64,000 bases of DNA from the NCBI RefSeq assembly GCF_006345805.1, contig NC_043004.1, positions 94,612,001-94,676,000 on the forward strand, in the 5' to 3' direction. Numbering within the stretch: position 1 is the first letter of the stretch; every line of letters begins with the position of its first letter. Source of the stretch: Octopus sinensis. Taxonomy: Eukaryota. The notes under the pieces are model-generated. The model was not told where the DNA came from and searched no databases. It saw only the letters and a program-made list of their open reading frames with translations. The translations under genes were made by a program, and so were the position numbers. Below, one piece after another: positions 1 to 10,780 of the stretch.

Positions 1-138
1 CTATTATTCATAGGTACCGCACGCTGGGAGGGACTTTTGCAGTCAAAACTACTAAAATAAACAAATTGTACCGAATGCAAAACTTCAAAGCAAGTCAAAG
101 TCCCTCCCAGCGTGCGGTACCTATGAATAATAGTACCC
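1..138. mobile_element. Short MITE-like element with long terminal inverted repeats; left end cut by the window edge
   Basis: 1-37 (CTATTATTCATAGGTACCGCACGCTGGGAGGGACTTT) is the exact reverse complement of 97-133. The right end continues as TACCC. Confidence 0.6.
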
Positions 139-578
139 TCTATATAATATAAATAAATATTTTCAAAGTGGAAAAATTTACAGATTTTTTCTCTTACGAG
201 GTTTTTCACGCTAACTACTGATAATTTCTTATAAAGATTTTACCCTTAATTTTAAATTTATAGAAAATATAGATGGTCGCCTTTAACCAATCTTCATCTA
301 TCCATTATGAAGTTAGGTAATATTTCGCCAAGCCCAGATCCGGCAATCAATGAACATCCCAAGGGGTGGGCATGTTTATGTGAAAAATTGAAAACGAATA
401 CTACCATTTGCATGAAATTGGGCTTTGGTTTCAAATTGGTCCAAATAGTAAAACAAGGAAAGAATATAGACACACTCAAACATGTACTTACACACACACA
501 CGCACACGTACACATGTGTCGTTCGTATGTACATACACACACACTCACACACACATATCTATATAGTATAAATAATAT

Positions 579-822
579 GGAGGCGCAATGGCCTAGTGGT
601 TAGGGCAGCGGACTCGCGGTCGCAGGATTGCGGTTTCGATTCCCAGACCGGGCGTTGTGAGTGTTTATTGAGCAAAAACACCTAAAAGCTCCACGAGTCT
701 CCGGCAGGGGGTGGTGATCCCTGCTGTACTCTTTCACCACTCTTTCTCCCACTCTTTCTTCTGTTGGCTTGCTCACTTAGCCAGCGGGGTGGCGTCATTC
801 GAAGGCTAAAACAATGCGAACG
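579..822 (+). mobile_element. tRNA-derived SINE, family B (GGAGGCGCAATGGCC head), 3'-truncated
   Basis: Pol III A box TGGCCTAGTGG and B box GGTTTCGATTCCC; same head at 15968, 42826(-), 47865 and 62981. Confidence 0.85.
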
Positions 823-839
823 TGATAAATAATATATAG

Positions 840-1497
840 ATATATGCATATATACATACATATATGTACATACCTACACATATATGCATATATGGGTACA
901 GAACATCAAAAAAAAACCTCGAACACAACAAAAACATAAAAACAAAATCATAGAAAACGAACTTTATTTTGAACAGCGAAAAAACAACAGAGAAATGAGA
1001 CGTGCAACATAAAGAATATTCCCCTTCATCAGTTGTCCTTGTTACATCTATTCTGCATTTCAAAGGCAAGGACAACTCGTGACTTCGTTAAAACAGTCCT
1101 TCACACAAAGGAAATTAATTAAAATTTTGGATTTTCGTGAAGGGTGAAAGTGGTAGCAAGAATAGGACAGTGAGAACAAGGCAGTAAAAACAAATGGTGA
1201 GGGTTGTTAAGCGAAGACGATAGAAAAATTATTATGAACGCTAGGAGGACGAGGAGAAAGGTATAAGCATGTGTTGTCTTTAGGAAGGAAATGGGCAGAA
1301 AGATAGATTCCCTTTCATCCTGTGTCAGCGACGAGAGAGTCAAGGAGGAAGAGTGAGAGAGAGAGGGAATGGTGAAGAGGAGAGGAGAAGAATAGGGAAG
1401 GGTGAGAGAGAAAACCAGAAAGGATGAAGCACAAGAGAGGGAGAGAGATAGACAGAGAAGAGATAGTAGAAATAGAAGAATGCACATCGTAATTATT
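840..1497 (-). mobile_element. Non-coding dispersed element (about 650 bp) with HHR-like motifs; probable Penelope-type LTR or non-autonomous element
   Basis: A diverged second copy lies at 56057-56760, partly inverted. The sense strand has a T-rich 3' end running into a TA-rich microsatellite and contains CTGATGA and GAAA motifs. Confidence 0.6.
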
Positions 1498-2145
1498 AAG
1501 GTAAAGCTTACTTGGAAAAGGATGCGTGGTCAAATATTCCATGTGTTAACATGTGCCTCCTAATGACAATGCAAACTTCATTTAACCAAAATTCCCTTGG
1601 CTTGAAGAGTAGCATGTGGTATACACCTTGCCTGGATACTTACCACTTCCGAGGTTCTGCTCGCTATGAAACATATGTAGCCCAGATTTTATCTGCTCCA
1701 TTCTCTTAACTCCTTTTAATTTTTAATTTCATACCTGGCAAACCTGGTTGCCTACTATGAAATATAATATAATCTTTTTCAACTTATCGTACATTTATAC
1801 AGAAAAAAATTCACAACCTTCCACCCCCGTAAACCACTATTTACAGATTGCTTGATGTTCACTTTCTTCCTACACCTCGATCCTTAGATCCTACCATTAT
1901 ATATATGTACGTGTGTGGGCAATAAATTGGGAGGTGGTGACAAGTGACAATCCTGTAACTAATAAAATTTTATAAACTTTAAACTTATAAGCAATCACTG
2001 TGTATTGACAAAAGAAAATGGCCTAATATTGGGGCATATAAGCCCTTGATGGAAAGAAGTGGGTTTTCCCATAAGCATGTGTACGAAAACCCAATTTTCT
2101 TTAGTCAATACATGGTGACCACTTATAAACTATAAGCGTATAGAA

Positions 2146-2201
<56 letters not shown>

Positions 2202-2208
2202 TATTATT
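2146..2208. repeat. (ATT)n microsatellite
   Basis: Direct reading. Confidence 0.95.
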
Positions 2209-2626
2209 TACAGGAAGTGTTACTCATCACCACTTCCCAATTCAGTGCAGAAAATGCACATGCTTGTTTCTTTACAAAAACAACACTATGAAATAATAGT
2301 TCTTAAGTCTAACAGGAATAAGTGAGTGAATACATAGGTGTAATGGTTACCACACTTATTGTGAATATATAGAGGGGTGGGTTTATGTCACATGCATAGG
2401 GAAAACACAGTTTTTTTCTGTTGAGGGCTTATATGCCCCAGTATTAGACTTTTTCTTCAAGCTTGTAAAATATATCACTATTTACAGAATATATATTAAT
2501 ATATTATTATATTATATATATAATATATATATATGATTGATTGATTGATTGATTGATTCTAGTTTCAGCTTATGAGCTGTGGCCATGCTGGGGCACCGCC
2601 ATTTGGTGTTGCTACTTGGTTTCACT

Positions 2627-4450
2627 TCATGGAGGCTTTCTAGCAACTGCTATTTGGTGCATGAGAGAGTTCGATGCAGCTGCCCTCATCTGCCCTCCCT
2701 GCCGTGAAGTTGGTTCATCTGGGACACCTGACAGGAAGAGATCCAGCTTCATTTTAAAGACATCTGTATCCACCCCATGCAGGTCTCTCAGGTTCTTTGG
2801 GAGGATATTGAAGAGCTGTGGGCCTCGGAAGCCCAGGCTATCACAGAATCTTGTCCTACATCTTGATGGCAGGTTTGGAGTCCTAGGCACCACGCAGTGG
2901 CGCCCAGTTCTGGCATTTGCATAACTCTCGATGCCAAAGTTCAGGACACTCCCCTCCAGGATCTTCCAGATGTATATTATGCATATCTTTCCCGCCTACG
3001 CTCCAGGGAATATAATTTTATCTCTTGAGTCTTTCCCAGTAGCTTCATTCTGCATAGAGGCTATCTTCTTTGTGTAGCTTCGTTGGATCGCCTCAAGTTC
3101 TGTGATCAACTTGACTTGGATGGTGACCATAGCTGAGAGCAATAGTCAAGTGGCTTAGGACAGTGTCTTCCAGAGGACCATCATGGTTCTTGTTCTCTTG
3201 TTCTAAAGGTTCTAAGAATCCATCCAGCCAGCCGTCTACATTTCATTGTCAGTTTAGCAACATGTACATGAAAGGTCGTGTCATCACTCATGTGAATACC
3301 CAGGTCACGCACTGATTGTGCCTCTGGGATTGCAATCCCTCCGGGTCCAGTGTATTCATTGGGTATTGCATTTAGTTTTGCATGCTGATAGTATAAAGCT
3401 TGAAACTTTCCAGCATTGAACTGCATGCTATTCTTTTCAGCCCACTTGTATATTTCGTCCAGCTCACATTGCAGGTGTTTAGTGTCCTCAGGGTTCTGTA
3501 TTGCCTGTGAAACTTTTGTATCATCTGCATAACTTGTGATCGTGGCTCTCTGCGTGGCTGAGGGCATGTCTGAGAGGGCCATTATGAACAGTAGTGGTCC
3601 CAGAACAGTGCCCTGCGGAACACCGCTCACTATTTGTGTGTTAATGGAGGTGGCCCCATTGGCTACTACCACCTGACTTCTATCCTTCAGAAAGTCATGA
3701 AGCCATTCTCCAGTTTTCCAACTATGTTGAGATCACGCAGTTTGTGACATATCATTCCATGATCGACTTTATCAAAGGCCTTTGCAAAGTCGAGATATAT
3801 CACTTCCACATTTGAGTGGTTGAGCAGCCGTTTCAGCACCCAGTCATAGTGTTGTAGGAGCTGAGTTAAACAGCTTCTCCCTGGTCGGAAACCATGTTGG
3901 GTGTCGGGCAGCAAGTCATTCTCTTCAAGGAGGTGATCAGCTTCCTTCTGACTATTGTTCCATGACCTTGCTGATGTGTGAGGTCAGAGAGATAGGTCTA
4001 TAGTTCTTGGCTTCCGCTCTGCTACCTCCTTTATGAATGGGGCATATTTTACCTTCCTTCAGTTTTCCTGGAAGTTTGCCAGCTGCAAGGAAGCTCTGAA
4101 AGAGGAACTGCAGTGGTCTTGCTAGGACTCTCTTACATGCTTTTAGGAGGATTGCCGGGAATCCATCGGGGCCAGTAGCTGAGTCTGTTTTCATTTCATC
4201 TATAGCCTTGGTTACATCGTCTTCCTTTATATCGATGTAATCTATCGTCGCCGCCTCTGATTTATATCTGCAGTGGTAAAAAAGTCAGTTGGATTGGTGA
4301 TTTGGAGATGCCCAAGGGGTGGAGTGAAAACACTCTTGAATTGCTCATTCAGTATTTCACTTACCCTCATTGGTTTTTCCGTAAGTGTGCCATCCTTTTC
4401 GAGGAGTGGCCCTATTCTACAGTGCACTGTAGCTGTTTTTCTTGGCATAC
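2627..4450 (-). pseudogene. LINE reverse transcriptase and C-terminal domain, frameshifted
   Basis: Motifs TGPDGFP, NYRPISLTS, QHGFRPGRSCLTQLL, YLDFAKAFDKVDH, SGVPQGTVLGPLLF, YADD, RDLGI and the C-terminal KLDLFLSGVPDEP...RAAASNSL, spread over ORFs 3952-4194, 3687-3914, 3181-3672 and 2627-2893. Confidence 0.95.
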
Positions 4451-4587
4451 CTGTAGAAAGCTCTGGGGTTAGATTTTATGTTTTCTATAGCCCAGGCTTC
4501 TTTGTCTGCTCTTTCTTTTCATGGGAGAGTTGCAGACATTTTTCGATTTCCAACAGTTTTATTTTTAGGCGGGACTTTTCACTGCTT

Positions 4588-5575
4588 TCAATCTGTTTGT
4601 TTAGGCGATTTGAAAATTTTTGTACGCCGTCTCATTAAGATTTTCCTCTCTCTGGGGATTTTGTTCTTGTGTACAGTGGCCTTTCTCTCTGGGACACATT
4701 TGTAGCATATGGCTTGCATTACAGACATGAATTGTTGAAGTTTCACGTCGATGTCTGGCGAGGAGAGACATTTAGGCCAGTTTTGTTTGAGGATCTCTTT
4801 CTCAATTTGTTTCCAGTTTGCCTTATGGTAGTTCAAGCTGGAAAGATTTTGAGGGTTTCTTGTAGGCTGCATGTCCGTGCTCTCTTTTGGCCCGTACATG
4901 GTCAGCTCTATCATGTTGTGATCCGAGAGTAGTGTCGGTGTCACTTTCACATTATGGATGAGATCCATGTCATTTGTGAAGCAGAGATCCAGTGTGTTAC
5001 CTGCCCTGGTTGGTTGGAGTATTACCTGCTCCATGTACAGGGTGTTGATGAGGTTCAGGAGGGACCTCGCCTGTCCTCGTTCACATCTTGTCATTCCTGG
5101 AGAGAAAGGCCCTCGGGCCTCTGACATTGGGCAGATTGAAGTCTCCCATAAGAAGCACACCTATGTGTTGTTCTAATGTGGTTAGAATTTCTTCTATTTT
5201 TATAAGGCAGTCTTCAAACTTGCCCACATGGCTTGGGGCATCTGGAGGGCGATATGTAGCACACACAACTACATCAAGTTGCTTAATATGTACAATTAGT
5301 GTATCACACACCGAGTTTGAGTATGACAAGAGACCTGGGGTGTGAGGTCCTCACGGATGTACATAGCAACACCTCCATGACTCCTTTCTTTCCTGTCGGT
5401 CCGTAGTACAGCATACTGTGGTATGTGTAACTCCGCATCTGCTATGTCCGGTTTCAGGTGCGTTTCTGTAAGTGCTATGCATATGGCTTGATTGCATGCA
5501 ACAAAGTCTCTCAGGAACGGGATCTTTGTCCTGTTACTGAGTGTTTGCAGTCCTCTGATGTTCAGTAGGAGTATC
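4588..5575 (-). pseudogene. LINE apurinic-like endonuclease domain, frameshifted
   Basis: LLNIRGL, IALTETHL, HGGVAMYI, YRPP, MGDFNLP, PTRAGNTLDLCF and SDHN are the canonical APE motifs. Confidence 0.93.
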
Positions 5576-5686
5576 GAGGTGAGGTGTACGTTGTTGCCGG
5601 CGGTGTCCATCCTGTGTCTGTTTGCTGTGGTGGTCTGGTATATAGTGGGTAGTCCCACCTGCGGGCTTGGGTTTGATGAAGCCAGG

Positions 5687-6470
5687 TCAGCTGCTGTACA
5701 ATCTTTTGTGCCATGCACAAAAAAATTGTTGCTCAGCAGCTGCTCTTTCGACAACATCATGTTGGCTGTTTTTGGCGCGCACAACATCTGCGTACCTCCG
5801 CTTTGGGGCAGGTGGTGCGTGGTCCATCCTTTTCTTTGTGTTGATGGTTTGTCCATCTGCCTCGTGTCTCTGTGGCAGGGTCCCCGATGTGCAAAGCGGC
5901 AGCCTGCACCTTCCTTTCCATGCCAGCAGGAACCTCTCAGGTAGAACATACACACCCGTGTGCGCTGTTTGGTTCCATCCTTTGCGGTTCCACTTCTATT
6001 TCTGGTTGTTTCACTCTTTGGTCCTGCTTGAGCTTTTTCTTTTCCTTTAGCTCTTCCAGTCCTTCTTTTAGTTCTTCTTCCTCCCTCTACCTCTTCACCG
6101 GGTTCTCCGTCTCCATGGCCCTTGCTGCCGGTTGGAGAACTTGCACCTGGGTTCACTTCCCGGGCAGGTTTCTCATTCAAAACCTCCTCCCGGGCGTCCA
6201 CCAGGTGGGGTGACTTCTTTCATCATCTCCATTCTTGCCATCTTTGCCTCGCTCGTTCTCAAAGATGGCATCAAGTGCGCCAATGTGCGACCGTACAAGC
6301 GCATATGAGCGCACGAATTCCTGTCTCTTTCGCTCCATCTGAGCCGCTGTCCTCTTGTAGCCTCTGCTCTTCAGCGCAGCCGCAATCACCTCCCTAGGGC
6401 TATCTCCGCCGGCGCACTCCCATGCTCGTACGAATAAATCCAGCTCGTCACGTCTCCATGCTCTGGACAT
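5687..6470 (-). pseudogene. LINE ORF1/N-terminal region with Myb/SANT-like (trihelix-type) domain and CCCH zinc finger
   Basis: WRRDELDLFVRAW...IAAALKSRGYKRTAAQMERK...Y (ORF 6177-6470) and CMFYLRGSCWHGKEGAGCRFAH (about 5887-5952). Confidence 0.7.
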
Positions 6471-6533
6471 GCTGGATAATCCGTCTATCCGTTTATCTAT
6501 CTAATTATGTTCGAGAGAAGACAGGAAGATATT

Positions 6534-6913
6534 AGGCTAATTAGAAGATAGAGTTACTTGAAAAAGAAATATTAACAATATTAAAGTTTGGGTAAAAACG
6601 TTTTTAATCTTAAGGCTAATTAGGGGATAGAATATCTGAAAATGTTATTAGCAATATTATATTATATTAGAGTGTGGATAAAAACGTTGTTTAATCTTCA
6701 GGCTAATTAGGAGATAGAGTATCTGAAAATATATTAGCAATATGAATATTATATTAGAGTGTGGGTAATATTAACACATTATTTAATCTTAAGGCTAATT
6801 GGAGATAGAGTATCTGGAAATATATTAGCAATATTAATATTATATAGAGTGTGGGTAATATTAAACGTTATTTAATTAATCTAAGGCTAATTAGAAGACA
6901 GAGTATCTGAAAA
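6534..6913 (-). repeat. 79-92 bp tandem repeat (about 4.3 units) in the LINE 5' UTR
   Basis: AGGCTAATT..GATAGAG recurs at 6534, 6613, 6700, 6792 and 6884. Confidence 0.85.
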
Positions 6914-6917
6914 ATTC

Positions 6918-7068
6918 GGAGTGGTTGGCGTTAGGAGGGCATCCGCTGTAGAAATTCTGCCAGATCAGATTGGGAGCTGGTGTAGCCATCTGGTTCGCCA
7001 GTCCTCAGTCAAATAGTCCAACCCATGCTAGCATGGAAAGCGACATTAAAAGATGATGATGATGATGA

Positions 7069-7071
<3 letters not shown>
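6918..7071 (+). mobile_element. RTE LINE 3'-tail fragment with (GAT)n tail
   Basis: Matches 15775-15925, the 3' UTR of the RTE fragment: GGAGTGGTTGGCGTTAGG...CCATGCTAGCATGGAAAG...GATGATGAT. Confidence 0.85.
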
Positions 7072-7113
<42 letters not shown>

Positions 7114-7243
7114 TATATAAATTAGAGATAAAACCACTATTAGGCAATCACAATGAAAAACATTAGCCAATACATAAAATTATTAATTTATATTATTTTA
7201 AATATATATCAAAAGTATTAAAAGTTTAATAAAAGATACACAT

Positions 7244-7312
7244 GTACATTTTTTTATTCATTCACCAACAGGCTATGACATAGCCTGTTGGTGAATGAAT
7301 AAAAGAATGTAC
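7244..7312. repeat. Near-perfect 69-bp palindrome (34-bp arms, 1-nt centre)
   Basis: GTACATTTTTTTATTCATTCACCAACAGGCTATG-A-CATAGCCTGTTGGTGAATGAATAAAAGAATGTAC. Confidence 0.9.
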
Positions 7313-8743
7313 TTCTTCTCACATAATCAAAGAGAGATTAGTTCAGATTCTATATTTAAATTTAACCCAGATGTGAATAAGATATTTTAGTATCAGTCTT
7401 TTTCTGACTATAGTGAAATGTACAAACTTAAATTGACATGTTTACTTACAGATTTGCTTTTCTTGCAATATTAGTGCTTTGATACCATCAGTCAGAATTC
7501 ATGACAATAAAACTTTTACCTTTATGGTATTATATTGCACTAAACTGTTTATATCAATTTTTAATATACGAATCAGCATTTTGCTAAATCAGCCATAAAT
7601 TTTTATGGTAAAAATATGTATTCTCACAGCTGGATTTAGTCAAATCATCAAGCATTTGAGAGCCTATGACTGATGGACAAAACAAACTAGTCTTGTCTTG
7701 TGATCCTAGAGATGCTCATGTGGTGGTTATCTTCCCTATCAGTGTATATATATTGCACACTTACAGCATTAAGAGATTTTAAATCTTTTTTGCAATATAG
7801 GTACTTCGGCACCCTCAGTCACAATTAGTGAGGATAAAATTTTATATATATATATATAATATATATATATATATATGGGTGCATGTGTGTATGTATGTAT
7901 GCATTCATGTGTGTATGTATGTATCTATATATCTATGTAGCTGTATATGTTTGTTCTCTTTTTTCAATTTAGTATAAATTTTTACTGGTCATCTATTAGG
8001 TAACAAGGTTGGGAAGGAAAGCATCTTGTTTTAACCATGATCCTTTAAATCTTATGAAGTGTGTATGCATGTGTATGCATATTTTCATTTGTTCATAATT
8101 ACCTCAGTCAAGCCCATGATAACATGATTATGAATAATTATACTATTGAAGTGTTCCTTTAAAGATCATTGCCCTTCCAGTTGCTAAACCTTACCAGTTT
8201 TTCAAGCAAGAGATGCCTTATTCCACTCATTTTCAAAGGTTGAAAGCCAGAACGCGTCTTCTTGGCGCATAAAACAACAGCAATATCAGCACTTATATCT
8301 ATGCAATTTTCAGAGAAATGTCTATCCAAACAAATACACAAACACATGCATGTATGGACACACGTACACATACACACACACTCACACACACATGTACATG
8401 CACATATGGATATATATATATATATATATACATATATATACATATATATAATATATATATATATAATATATACATATATATAATATATACATATAGAGAC
8501 ATATAGGCATAATATATATATACACACATATATATATATATATATAATTATAACATAGATTATATAATATATATACATACATATATACATATATATACAT
8601 ATATATATATACCTACATATATATATACTCATATATATAATATGATGATGATATATATATATATACATACATACATATACATACATACATACATACCTAC
8701 ATACATATATATATTATTATATATATATATATATATTATATAG

Positions 8744-8776
<33 letters not shown>

Positions 8777-8783
8777 GACAGAC

Positions 8784-8832
<49 letters not shown>

Positions 8833-9271
8833 TAGATAGATAGATAATAGATAGATAGATATATGATAGATAGATATCAACACACACAGTATCTCACAGA
8901 AATTATACACACCCTTAAAAAATTTCAGTTAAATTGCCATTACTCTGATAATATTGAAGGAAATGAAACAAAATTTATACTGAATAAAATATATTATACA
9001 TGGAAACATTATACAAATTTGGAATACAAAACAATAAATATTTTCAAAGATATGAACAAAATAATCATTTCCAAGCATTGCAAAAATATGTACACCCTAA
9101 AGGAAATTCACAATATTCAATATTTTATCCACCTTTTTCACTAAATTCAGATATTGCAGATAATTTCAATTGTAATAAATTATTACTCCTGGCATTTTTG
9201 CACTGGTCATTGTTATTGCATTTTCAGGAATTCTGATTTGTGTACTGGGGTGAAAAATCATTGTGATTAAA

Positions 9272-10005
9272 ATGGCACCAAAAGGAATAGAAATGTCTGA
9301 AGGTTTGAAGAAAATTATTTTTGATTTGCACAAGAATGCTTTAAAATGCAAGTTAATTAGCAAATGAATATATATTAGTGTAATCGCAGTTGCCAAAGTA
9401 ATTCAGAAGTACAATGCTAAGCAATAAACATAGTCCAGGTTCCCCTCTTTTAATCTGTGATTGATATTTGCTAAATCCAACTTTGGATGATGGGCGACAG
9501 GCATCGTACCACTTCATCTTCATCCCAAGAAGTGTCTTCTGTTAGTGAAAAGAGTATATCTGCCCAAACAGTCCACCGGAGTTTGAATCAGTGAGTGCTT
9601 CATGGATGCATTCCTCGTAGGAAGCCTCTCTTCACTACCAGAAAGAAATCAAGTTGTCTTTCTCTTACCAAAATCTATGTGAGGAAGGGGAAGGAGTTTT
9701 GGAATTCCCTTTTTTGACGAGACTAAAATCAACTTGTTTGGGTCAGATGGTATTAAACTAGGTTGGCGATGACCAAATGAAGATAATAGCAATAAATGCA
9801 CCTTGACTACCATGAAACACAGTAGTAGACGTGTTATGTTTTGGAGATGTATGAATGTGGCGAGTATGGGAAGACTCACATTTATTGAGAGAACAATGGA
9901 GTCAAGGCTTTATTGTGACATATTGCAGAAAACAGTGTTAAAAAGCATCAAGGAACTAGGAAAACATTCCATGTTCCAACAAGATAATGGACCCTAAAAC
10001 AGCAC
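9272..10005 (+). mobile_element. Degenerate Tc1-like transposase
   Basis: MAPKGIEMSEGLKKII start, DETKINLFGSDG, TMKHSSRRVMFWRCM (compare TVKHGGGSVMVWGC) and FQQDN; multiple stops and frameshifts. Confidence 0.85.
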
Positions 10006-10019
10006 GATGACAACGTTCA

Positions 10020-10780
10020 ATTTGCCAGAAATTTGGAAATGGCATGCTGTACTGCTTGACATTTGCACCGTAGGCTCCAATGTGAAAATTTCAGAGTGTT
10101 TGGGTGTCAATCTAAGGAAAGTGCCACCTGATGAGGACAGTGCGGTCTGAGGACATATACAGAAAGTGATAAAAATCAAAGATCCAGTCAACATCATGGT
10201 GTTTGGAGCGATCACTAGTGATGGCAATGTTATGCCTCTAGTCATCTTCCCACACCACCTCAGACTCAATGCAGAGGCCTACATCAAGTGCCTGGAGGCA
10301 ATAATACTGCCCTGGGTCAAGAGGGTGACCACTGGAAGACCTTATGTCTGGCAACAAGATTTTGCACCATGCCACACAAGCAGGGGAACCCAGTCATAGC
10401 TGTCAGATAGTTTCTGCAACCATATTACCGCTAACATCTAGCCACCTAACTCCTCAGACTGCAACCCCTTCATTATTATGTGCGGGATCCAATTTAGCAA
10501 GAGACCAACAAAACTCCTTGTAAACACCAAAGATGAACTGAAGGCAAGGATTATGAGGGCATTCACCAATGTAAACAAGGAGACCATCCAGAAGAGTTGC
10601 AGGAGATTCCAAAGTCATCTGGAGACCATGGTTGAAGCCAACAACGATTTTAATGAATAAATTTACTCTTTAGTATTTCAAGATATTTTTTTGTAATTTT
10701 GGTAAATATATCTGTTAAAATGAGATGTCAGGGTTATTTTCCTTTTTGCATAATTTAGATGACAGTTTATTCACCACATG
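10020..10780 (+). mobile_element. Degenerate DD37D (maT-type) Tc1/mariner fragment
   Basis: MVFGAITSDGNVMP, YVWQQDFAPCHTS and (W)PPNSSDCNP; 37 residues from the second Asp to the third catalytic position. Confidence 0.8.

Larger units (their letters stand above)
2534..6913 (-). mobile_element. Near-full-length non-LTR retrotransposon (CR1/Jockey-group LINE) with tandem-repeat 5' UTR and (ATCA)n tail
   Basis: Myb-like/CCCH, AP endonuclease and RT modules appear in order on the minus strand. Stop at 2627, short 3' UTR 2559-2626, (TGAT)n tail at 2534-2558. Confidence 0.92.

Noticed and set aside
312-355. Minus-strand TTGATT gcc...ggc GAAA tatt as a hammerhead
   Set aside because: Stem II and GAAA are present, but the CUGANGA box and stem I cannot be formed.
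579-655. tRNA gene
   Set aside because: A and B boxes are present, but the sequence continues into a multi-copy SINE body and has no closed acceptor stem. The same applies to all SINE heads here.
6534-6913. CRISPR-like repeat-spacer array
   Set aside because: The apparent spacers are homologous to each other, the context is eukaryotic and no cas genes are present; it is a tandem repeat.
8159-8686. 175-aa ORF and the many similar YI/CV/HT-rich ORFs throughout the track
   Set aside because: These are translations of (TA)n, (CA)n and (TAGA)n microsatellites. The unique part (8103-8300) has donor-like sites but no recognisable protein.
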